This document shows positions 17,689 through 24,000 of a stretch of 24,000 bases of DNA, one piece after another (within the stretch, counting starts at the first letter, position 1; every line of letters begins with the position of its first letter). The translations under genes and the position numbers were made by a program. Source of the DNA: Acidobacteriota bacterium (GTDB taxonomy: Bacteria; Acidobacteriota; UBA6911; RPQK01; JAPXNP01); contig JAUVSF010000012.1 in assembly GCA_030597245.1 (NCBI GenBank), forward strand, positions 3,592 to 27,591, given 5' to 3'. The notes beneath the pieces were generated by a model. The model had not been told where the DNA came from, searched no databases, and saw only the letters and a program-made list of their open reading frames with translations.

Positions 17689-18450
17689 ATGAAGCTTGGG
17701 TCCGCGATCCTGATGGTTGCGGCAATCTCGTTGTTCGCTGCCTGTGGTCCGAAGACCATTCGCAAGCAGCCGGTGCCTCAGGAGGATGCGATAATGGCTG
17801 TTCGCCTGGTGGTTGCGGGCGATAAGTTGCTTGTGGAGGGTAAGGAGCATCTTGCGATGCTCAAGTATCTTAAAGCCAGCCAGCTGAATCCCTATCACGA
17901 AGTCATTTTCAATAAGCTCGCTGTCACATATTCCCAGCTCCGGATGTACCCTCAGGCAACCAGTGCGATCAACCGCTCCCTGGGCCTCAATTCAAAGTAT
18001 GCCTTCGCTTACAACACCAAAGGCATCATCCAGTTAGCCGAACATAGGCGTAATAGTGCCTACCGTTCGTTCATGAAAGCGATCGAACTGGACTCCTCGG
18101 TTGGATACTTCTACGTGAACCTGGGATACCTTCTGATTCAGCAAGGCAGAACTGAAGAAGCTCGAGCAGCTTATCGGAAAGGCCTCGAAGTAGACCCCGG
18201 ACTCTTTGACAGTGAAAACATGGTGGAGTTGTCGTACTCGACCGTGGAAGAACTGGGCCCGGAGAAGTACTTTGAACTGGCGCGCGTCTTTGCTGACTTG
18301 GGTAATCTCGATTACTGCCTTCGCTATTTGGGAAAGGCCTTTTCCGGAGGATTATCCGACTCTGCCAGAATCATGAATGATCCGGCATTCCAAGGATTCA
18401 TGGAGGACGAGAAATTTCTGGATTTTTTGAAGATTCACGGAGTGATTTGA
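17689..18450 (+). CDS. TPR-repeat lipoprotein
   Basis: 253-aa ORF: lipobox signal MKLGSAILMVAAISLFAAC, then TPR-like repeats (YAFAYNTKGIIQLAEHRRNSAYRSFMKAIELDSSVGYFYVNLGYLLIQQGRTEEARAAYRKGLEVDP). Confidence 0.85.
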   Translation: MKLGSAILMVAAISLFAACGPKTIRKQPVPQEDAIMAVRLVVAGDKLLVEGKEHLAMLKYLKASQLNPYHEVIFNKLAVTYSQLRMYPQATSAINRSLGLNSKYAFAYNTKGIIQLAEHRRNSAYRSFMKAIELDSSVGYFYVNLGYLLIQQGRTEEARAAYRKGLEVDPGLFDSENMVELSYSTVEELGPEKYFELARVFADLGNLDYCLRYLGKAFSGGLSDSARIMNDPAFQGFMEDEKFLDFLKIHGVI

Positions 18451-18513
18451 GGCGATTTGCCCGCTGGTGAGAAATGCGGGTTAGAGACGTGGCTTTGGGT
18501 GGGAGGTGTGGGA

Positions 18514-19974
18514 ATGACAATTCCAGCAAAAGTGAAACAGCTTTCAGAGACGCTCTGGGAGATCGCGCCTTCGTACAAGGCGGGGATGAAGGTTCCAGCG
18601 CGGATCGTGGGAACCAGAAATCTTCTGGAAAGTATGGACGACGCAGTCTTCGATCAACTGACCAATGTTGCCACTCTCCCTGGAATCGTTGGGTACGCAT
18701 ACTGTATGCCTGATGGGCATTCTGGCTACGGTTTTCCGATAGGTGGAGTTGCTGCAACAGACCCCGCGCGAGGTGGTGTCATTTCCCCAGGGGGCATCGG
18801 ATTTGACATCAATTGCGGGATGCGTTTGATCCGCACGAACTTGACCCTCGAGGAAGTGGCTCCACGCATTAAGGAGTTGATCGATACGCTTTTCGAGTTG
18901 GTACCCTCAGGCGTAGGAAGCCGAGGAGCATTGAAGATCTCCAAACCACAGTTTCTCGAGCTTGTCGAGCAGGGTTCTCGCTGGTGTGTGAGACATGGAT
19001 ACGGGTGGCCCGAAGATTTGGAGCTTACGGAAGAAGTTGGATGTATTGAAGGTGCCGATGCTGCGAGTATCAGTAAGAAAGCCATTGACCGAGGTTTTAA
19101 TCAGGTAGGAACTCTGGGGTCCGGTAACCATTACCTGGAAGTCCAGGTAGTGCGGCCGGAGAATGTGTTTGACAGTAGCCTGGCTGCCAGGTTCGGGCTC
19201 AATGTGCCAAACCAGGTTGTTGTGATGTTTCATTGCGGAAGCCGTGGTTTCGGACATCAGGTGGCAACCGATTACTTGAGGCTGTTTTTGAGCGTCATGC
19301 GGAAGAAATACGGCATCGAGATGCGTGACCGGGAGTTGGCTTGTGCCCCGTTGCACTCTCCCGAAGGAACTGACTACTTCGCTGCCATGAAATGTGCACT
19401 GAATATGGCTTTTGCAAACCGTCAGATCATCTTGCACCACGTTCGGAAGGCCTTCTCGCGAGTGTTTAGCCGCTCCGCTGAGGAACTCGGTATGCACATG
19501 ATCTACGATGTTTCACACAACACGGCCAAACTGGAGAGACACCTCATTGATGACAGGGCGCTGGAGGTGTTAGTCCATCGAAAGGGGGCGCCTCGAGCAT
19601 TTGCTCGAGGGATGGAGGACCTCCCTCCAAGGTACAAGGATCTGGGGCAGCCTGTGATCATTGGCGGTAGCATGGAAACGGGTTCGTACCTTTTGTTGGG
19701 TAGTAGTGAAGGTCAAGAGACTTTCTTCAGTACCGCTCACGGAAGCGGACGTCGGATGAGCAGGACGAAGGCGCGGAAAATCTGGCAAGGCGACAAGCTG
19801 CTGCGTGAGTTGAAACATCGCGGTATTTACGTCCGAACCGCATCGCTCAGAGGGCTTGCCGAAGAGGCGGGTGGTGCGTACAAGGACATTGATGAGGTCG
19901 TCGAGGCCACGACGCGCGCCGGATTGAGCAAACCCGTGGCTCGATTCGTGCCTATAGGAAATGTCAAGGGATAA
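18514..19974 (+). CDS. rtcB: RNA-splicing ligase RtcB
   Basis: Start placed at MTIPAKVKQL after an SD-like GGGAGGTG (the longer ORF begins at 18457). YCMPDGHSGYGFPIGGVAA, GGVISPGGIGFDINCGMRLIRT, LGSGNHYLEVQ, FHCGSRGFGHQ, HSPEGTDYF, STAHGSGRRMSR. No intein seen. Confidence 0.96.
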   Translation: MTIPAKVKQLSETLWEIAPSYKAGMKVPARIVGTRNLLESMDDAVFDQLTNVATLPGIVGYAYCMPDGHSGYGFPIGGVAATDPARGGVISPGGIGFDINCGMRLIRTNLTLEEVAPRIKELIDTLFELVPSGVGSRGALKISKPQFLELVEQGSRWCVRHGYGWPEDLELTEEVGCIEGADAASISKKAIDRGFNQVGTLGSGNHYLEVQVVRPENVFDSSLAARFGLNVPNQVVVMFHCGSRGFGHQVATDYLRLFLSVMRKKYGIEMRDRELACAPLHSPEGTDYFAAMKCALNMAFANRQIILHHVRKAFSRVFSRSAEELGMHMIYDVSHNTAKLERHLIDDRALEVLVHRKGAPRAFARGMEDLPPRYKDLGQPVIIGGSMETGSYLLLGSSEGQETFFSTAHGSGRRMSRTKARKIWQGDKLLRELKHRGIYVRTASLRGLAEEAGGAYKDIDEVVEATTRAGLSKPVARFVPIGNVKG

Positions 19975-19977
19975 GCG

Positions 19978-20409
19978 ATGGCGTACCGTTTTCTGGATAG
20001 CGTTGCTATCGCTGATGTCGCCTTCGAGGCAACCGGGGAAGACCTAGCCGAACTGTTCGTAGCTGCCGGCGATGCTACGATCAACACGATGATCGATTCA
20101 GTAGATGGAATCCTGGCGAAGACCTCGCGCAAGATCCAGCTGAGTAATGGCGAACTGGATCTACTGCTCTTCGATTTTCTTCAGGAGTTGATTTATTACA
20201 AAGACGCCGACGGACTCCTGTTGAGAGTTCCCCGGGTGGAAATCGAGGAGCAGGGAGGCGAATTCAAGCTGATTGCCACAGGTTTCGGTGAAGAGATCGA
20301 TCCGACCCGGCATGAGCAGAGAGCCGATGTCAAAGCCGTCACGCTTCACCAGTTCAAGTTGGAGCAGACGAGTGAGGGGTGGAGGTGCTTTGTCATCCTC
20401 GATATCTGA
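19978..20409 (+). CDS. Archease (RtcB activator)
   Basis: 143-aa ORF 3 nt after rtcB: MAYRFLDSVAIADVAFEATGEDLAELFVAAGDA, LLLFDFLQELIYYKDADGLLL, HEQRADVKAVTLHQFKLEQ. Confidence 0.93.
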   Translation: MAYRFLDSVAIADVAFEATGEDLAELFVAAGDATINTMIDSVDGILAKTSRKIQLSNGELDLLLFDFLQELIYYKDADGLLLRVPRVEIEEQGGEFKLIATGFGEEIDPTRHEQRADVKAVTLHQFKLEQTSEGWRCFVILDI

Positions 20410-20657
20410 TCCGCCTGCTTCCCTCCGCAGGTGGGGTAGCCAACTAGTGGAGGTACAGCGTGAAGCGCCGCCGGGCTGGAATCCCCGCGCTCCCTGTCTG
20501 GAACGAAACCGTGTGCAACCGGAAGATAAGCTTCTAGCTTGTCACTTTGGAGACTGACAATTAAGTGACGACCTGGAAGGCCATCTTCCTTCCAGCGCTT
20601 TGTATTGCATGAAATAGGCGACGCGGGGAGGGTAAGCTTCCAGCTTTTCATGACGGT

Positions 20658-21416
20658 CTAACCACACAACACAGATCCTCCGTTGACGTTCAATACTTCG
20701 CCCTGAACCTGGTCGGAAAGTGACGAGGCCAGGAAAAGGACCGGGCCTGCAATTTCGTCCGCGGTGGCTATTCGGCGTAAAGGAGTCATTTGCTCGATCT
20801 TCTCGCGCTCCTCTTGATTCTCCAAGATCTCCGCGCTCATATCCGTGGTGACCCATCCAGGAGCAACACAGTTGACATGGATGTTCCAGGGACCCAGTTC
20901 GGCGGCCAGAGATTTTGTGAATGAGATTAGGGCACCCTTGCTCGCTGCGTAGTGTGAGTAGTAGGCTTCACCTCTCTGCCCGGCGGTCGAGCTGATTAGA
21001 ATGATTTTCCCTCGCTTTCGAGGTTTCATCCCTCGCGCTGCAAGTTGGCAGGTTCGGAACGCCGACGTCAGGTTAACGTCGATAGTCTGACGCCACTCCT
21101 CCTCCGAGAGTTCTTCAATCGGACCTCGTCTCCAAATTCCTGCGTTAGCCACGACGATATCCACTCTCCCGAAGGTCTTCCCAGCACTGCTAAAGAGGTT
21201 CTCCAGGGTTTCCCGGTCGGCGATGTCACCCGACACGGTAATAGCTCTCCGGCCCAGCAGACGGATCTCCGCCAGAACTGACTCCGCTGCAGCATGATTG
21301 GCATTGTAGCCTATCGCGACATCGGCTCCAGCTTGCGCAAACTTAAGGCAGCAAGCCCGGCCGATTCCTCTTGAACCTCCAGTTACGAGTGCGATCTTGC
21401 CCGTTAGATCGATCAT
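20658..21416 (-). CDS. fabG: Short-chain dehydrogenase/reductase, FabG (3-oxoacyl-ACP reductase)-like
   Basis: 252-aa ORF: KIALVTGGSRGIGRACCLKF, VANAGIWRRGP, ISSTAGQRGEAYYSHYAASKGALISFTKSLA, VNCVAPGWVTTDM, GEVLNVNGGSVLCG. Confidence 0.88.
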   Translation of the reverse strand: MIDLTGKIALVTGGSRGIGRACCLKFAQAGADVAIGYNANHAAAESVLAEIRLLGRRAITVSGDIADRETLENLFSSAGKTFGRVDIVVANAGIWRRGPIEELSEEEWRQTIDVNLTSAFRTCQLAARGMKPRKRGKIILISSTAGQRGEAYYSHYAASKGALISFTKSLAAELGPWNIHVNCVAPGWVTTDMSAEILENQEEREKIEQMTPLRRIATADEIAGPVLFLASSLSDQVQGEVLNVNGGSVLCG

Positions 21417-21523
21417 CTTTTGGCCGAACTTACAAGATTCGGCTGACAGATTGAGACGCTGTCAATCAGGTGCGTTGAGGTGCAGGGTTCCAAAGATTGG
21501 CAGGGTGTTCTATCGTTTCCCTT

Positions 21524-22549
21524 GTGAGGCTATCGGAAGTCGATTACGAACTGCCATCCGACCTGATTGCGCAACGCCCGGTCGAAAAGAGGGACCACTC
21601 GCGATTGATGGTCGTAAGGCGGGACTCGGGAGAGATTGAGCACGCTCGGTTTTGTGACCTTCCTTTCTTCGTTGAACCGGATGATCTGTTGGTGCTCAAC
21701 AATAGCCGTGTCTTCCCCGCGCGCCTGTTCGGCATTAAAAAGGGAGGCACCGCCCGCATTGAGATTCTACTCTTGAATGAGATCGCTGAAGGACTCTGGG
21801 AGGCACTGGTGCGACCTGGGCGCAGGGCCCGCTCGGGCACACGGCTCACATTGGAACCTGGGCACGTTGAAGCTGAGATTCTGGAGTCGGATTCCTCGGA
21901 CAAGAGAAGGATTCGCTTTGAGTCAAAAGGAAATCTGCGAGACTGGATAGAACGTTGTGGCAACATCCCTCTCCCTCCATATATCAAGCGGCAGGGAGAG
22001 AGCGACAAACCTTTTGATCGAGAAAGGTATCAGACAGTCTACGCAAAGGAGTCTAACTCCGTTGCCGCTCCCACCGCCGGACTCCATTTCACGCCGAACT
22101 TACTCAGGAGGTTGCACTCTTGCGAAATCACGCTTCACGTGGGTTATGGAACCTTCAAGCCGGTCCAGGAAGTGGAGGTCGAGAATCATCGGATGGATCG
22201 AGAGCACTATTCGATTGGATCTAATGCTGTGGAGAAGATAGGGAAATGCTCCCAGTCAGGGAACAGGGTAATTGCTGTGGGAACTACTACGACCCGAACT
22301 CTTGAGCATGTTGCTCGGGTTCACGGCAAAGTAGTTGCGGATAGCGGTTGGACTGATCTGTTCATCTACCCTCCGTTTGACTTCCAGGCAGTCAATGGTC
22401 TCGTGACGAATTTTCATCTCCCGAAGTCCACGTTGCTCCTCCTGGTTTCGGCGTTTGGCGGAAAGGAGTTAATCCGGAGCGCTTATGAATTGGCGATTCG
22501 AGAAAGGTACCGGTTTTACAGTTACGGCGACGCAATGTTGCTGCTGTGA
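21524..22549 (+). CDS. queA: S-adenosylmethionine:tRNA ribosyltransferase-isomerase
   Basis: Probable GTG start at VRLSEVDYELPSDLIAQRPVEKRDHSRLMVV (the longer ORF begins at 21497). PARLFGIKKGGTARIEILLL, QTVYAKESNSVAAPTAGLHFT, LHVGYGTFKPV, HRMDREHY, TNFHLPKSTLLLLVSAFGG. Confidence 0.95.
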   Translation: MRLSEVDYELPSDLIAQRPVEKRDHSRLMVVRRDSGEIEHARFCDLPFFVEPDDLLVLNNSRVFPARLFGIKKGGTARIEILLLNEIAEGLWEALVRPGRRARSGTRLTLEPGHVEAEILESDSSDKRRIRFESKGNLRDWIERCGNIPLPPYIKRQGESDKPFDRERYQTVYAKESNSVAAPTAGLHFTPNLLRRLHSCEITLHVGYGTFKPVQEVEVENHRMDREHYSIGSNAVEKIGKCSQSGNRVIAVGTTTTRTLEHVARVHGKVVADSGWTDLFIYPPFDFQAVNGLVTNFHLPKSTLLLLVSAFGGKELIRSAYELAIRERYRFYSYGDAMLLL

Positions 22550-22588
22550 GAAGTAGACAAAGAGACGTGCTGCGCAAGAGGGCCCTGG

Positions 22589-22788
22589 CCAAGCTCGAAA
22601 TTCGAATTTCAGTTCACGCATAGTCCGCAAAGTTCACTGAGGGTTTAACAAAAGACAAGCCCGCGCTGAGATAGCCAAACTCCCCTTTGCGCTCTCTGCG
22701 TTCTTTGCGTGAAACACCTTGGCGCCTTTGCGTGAGGCCGTTTTCGATTTACGGTTTCCGATTCTCGGATTTCGAGCTTCGAGCTTGG
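22589..22788. repeat. 200-bp segment R5 bounded by imperfect inverted repeats, with internal TTTGCG-word repeats
   Basis: Left end CCAAGCTCGAAATTCGAA, right end TTCGAGCTTCGAGCTTGG (mismatches only in the inner part). Inside: TTCACGCAtagtcCGCAAAG opposite CCTTTGCGctctctgcgttCTTTGCGTGAA and CCTTTGCGTGAGG. Confidence 0.7.
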
Positions 22789-22814
22789 GCTGTTGCGGTT
22801 TGAGCACCAGACCC

Positions 22815-22863
22815 CAAAAAGGGGACCTTCACCTCCGACAAGCCCGTCGAGGATTCGGTCCCC
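22815..22863 (-). terminator. Rho-independent terminator for the 60-aa gene
   Basis: On the minus strand: GGGGACC-GAAT-CCTCGAC-GGGCTT-GTC(G)GAGG-TGAA-GGTCCCC-TTTTT. Two stacked stems followed by T5, 27 nt after the stop of the 22891..23073 ORF. Confidence 0.7.
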
Positions 22864-22890
22864 TTAAACTTCTAAATTTCAGCAGAGTTA

Positions 22891-23073
22891 TCAAGATTTC
22901 ACTCGATAATCATCCTCCTGGCAAACCCAATACATGCCACCCGGCTGGAAAGCGGAGCGGATAACCTTGGTAGCTACCATGGGTGATCCACACTGCGGGC
23001 AATCGCGGCCGCCACCAGCCGCTCCCTTTTTTCCAAGACTAGCCCTCGCTGTTTTGCTAATTTTTTCTGCCAT
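22891..23073 (-). CDS. 60-aa zinc-ribbon-like mini-protein
   Basis: MAEKISKTARASLGKKGAAGGGRDCPQCGSPMVATKVIRSAFQPGGMYWVCQEDDYRVKS. CPQCG plus MYWVC, strong AGGAGG SD sequence upstream, and an apparent intrinsic terminator downstream. Confidence 0.75.
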   Translation of the reverse strand: MAEKISKTARASLGKKGAAGGGRDCPQCGSPMVATKVIRSAFQPGGMYWVCQEDDYRVKS

Positions 23074-23178
23074 TTCGAAGTCCTCCTCTTATTGACGTTC
23101 TCTTCTCTACAAAAACCTGCACACGAAAAAAGCCGTACCCAACCCAGATCGGGCACGGCGGAAAATCGAAATCATACA

Positions 23179-23225
23179 TTCGAATTCTCGAAAGTCAAGA
23201 AAAAACTTGATTTTGAGAATTCGAA
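23179..23225. repeat. Large hairpin between the sigma factor and the 60-aa gene
   Basis: TTCGAATTCTCgaaagTCAAG-aaaaaa-CTTGAttttGAGAATTCGAA: 11-bp perfect outer stem plus 5-bp inner stem. Confidence 0.7.
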
Positions 23226-23295
23226 AGAAACGCCCGAATTCACTGGATATGACGCCAGCCTGGAGAAAAGGTTTCAAAGAAATGGGAATCCGTTG

Positions 23296-24000
23296 TCAGC
23301 TGAGAAGTCCGAACTCGACGTCCGTAACTCCAGACAGAGCAGACTCCATGTATTCCTTGATTCTCTTGATGAGTGCCTTCTCGTTCAAGCGAATCGCTTC
23401 ACGCGTCACGCCATACTGCTCAGCGATTTGTTGCAGTGTCAGAGGCTCCTCTGCGACGAGGCGCTCTTTGAGTATCTTCAGCTCTCTTTCATTGAGCGTC
23501 GCCGAGAACTCTTCCAGCTTCTCATTGAACAACTGCTGGAGCTCGCCACGCGCCAGTTGTTCATCCACCTGCTCTTCAGCCGCTCTCAGCGTATCTGAGT
23601 AACGAAGCTTCTGATCGTCTCCCACATACGCGTCCAAGCTGAGATCTGAAGATTCGATGTTACTCTCAACGGCCCTTACATCGTCGACCGTTACGTTCAG
23701 CCGTCTAGCCAGGAGCTGGTGCGTTGGTTCAATACCCTGCAGGCGAAGCTTCTCCTTTTCTTTTTTCAAGTTGAAAAGCAGACGTCGGCGTTCGTTAGTC
23801 GTGCCAATCCTGACAATTCGAAAGTTATCGATGATGAACTTGATAATGTAGGCTTTGATCCACCACGAAGCGTAGGTTGGGAGGCGATTCCCTTTGTAAG
23901 GGTCAAACCGTGTCACCGCTTTCATAAGTCCGATGTTGCCCTCCTGAATCAAGTCGATCACGTTGTGATAAACGCGGTTGTACAACCTCGCAATCTTGAC
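23296..24000 (-). CDS. Alternative/primary-like sigma-70 family factor (RpoH/RpoD-like), N-terminus off the window
   Basis: VKIARLYNRVYHNVIDLIQEGNIGLMKAVTRFDPYKGNRLPTYASWWIKAYIIKFI (region 2), LTLQQIAEQYGVTREAIRLNEKALIKRI (region 4.2). The frame stays open to the window end. Confidence 0.9.
   Translation of the reverse strand, partial: VKIARLYNRVYHNVIDLIQEGNIGLMKAVTRFDPYKGNRLPTYASWWIKAYIIKFIIDNFRIVRIGTTNERRRLLFNLKKEKEKLRLQGIEPTHQLLARRLNVTVDDVRAVESNIESSDLSLDAYVGDDQKLRYSDTLRAAEEQVDEQLARGELQQLFNEKLEEFSATLNERELKILKERLVAEEPLTLQQIAEQYGVTREAIRLNEKALIKRIKEYMESALSGVTDVEFGLLS

Noticed and set aside
18907-19497. 196-aa minus ORF opposite rtcB
   Set aside because: Antisense shadow of the strongly conserved RtcB coding sequence.
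20346-20856. 101- and 104-aa minus ORFs overlapping the gap after archease
   Set aside because: They overlap well-supported genes at both ends and show no recognisable domain. Kept only as context for the direct-repeat observation.
23207-23602. 131-aa and 168-aa + ORFs opposite the sigma factor
   Set aside because: Antisense to conserved sigma regions 3-4. Ser/Arg-rich with no family resemblance.

Overview
The window holds about 20 protein-coding genes at near-continuous density and looks like ordinary bacterial chromosome. I found no rRNA, tRNA, CRISPR array, transposase, phage gene or recognisable defence island.

Recognisable genes, left to right:
- a partial TraB-family protein coupled to an FAD/NAD(P) oxidoreductase
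- a GT2/GT81-like glycosyltransferase
- dusB
- an L-lactate permease
- a PduO-type cobalamin adenosyltransferase
- an AddA/AddB-like helicase-nuclease pair
- maf
- two alpha/beta hydrolases and a HAD phosphatase
- an uncharacterised 196-aa protein
- a TPR lipoprotein
- rtcB plus archease
- a FabG-like SDR
- queA
- a 60-aa Cys-containing mini-protein
- a partial RpoH/RpoD-like sigma factor

The most unusual signal is non-coding. Several intergenic gaps carry mosaic, word-like degenerate repeats (CGGTRATCGGTGATCGG, ACTTACTACTTACTACTTAC, AAATGTCAAGTGACAAATGTC, AAGTCACYAARYCAC, AAGCTCGAA/TTCGAA, CTTTGCGTGAA) that recur in partly conserved order and orientation. In two cases the repeat supplies the stop codon of the neighbouring gene. 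One 200-bp gap segment is bounded by imperfect inverted repeats. I found no clearly new protein system. The repeat family, a candidate structured RNA after archease, and the 196-aa and 60-aa proteins are the best leads.
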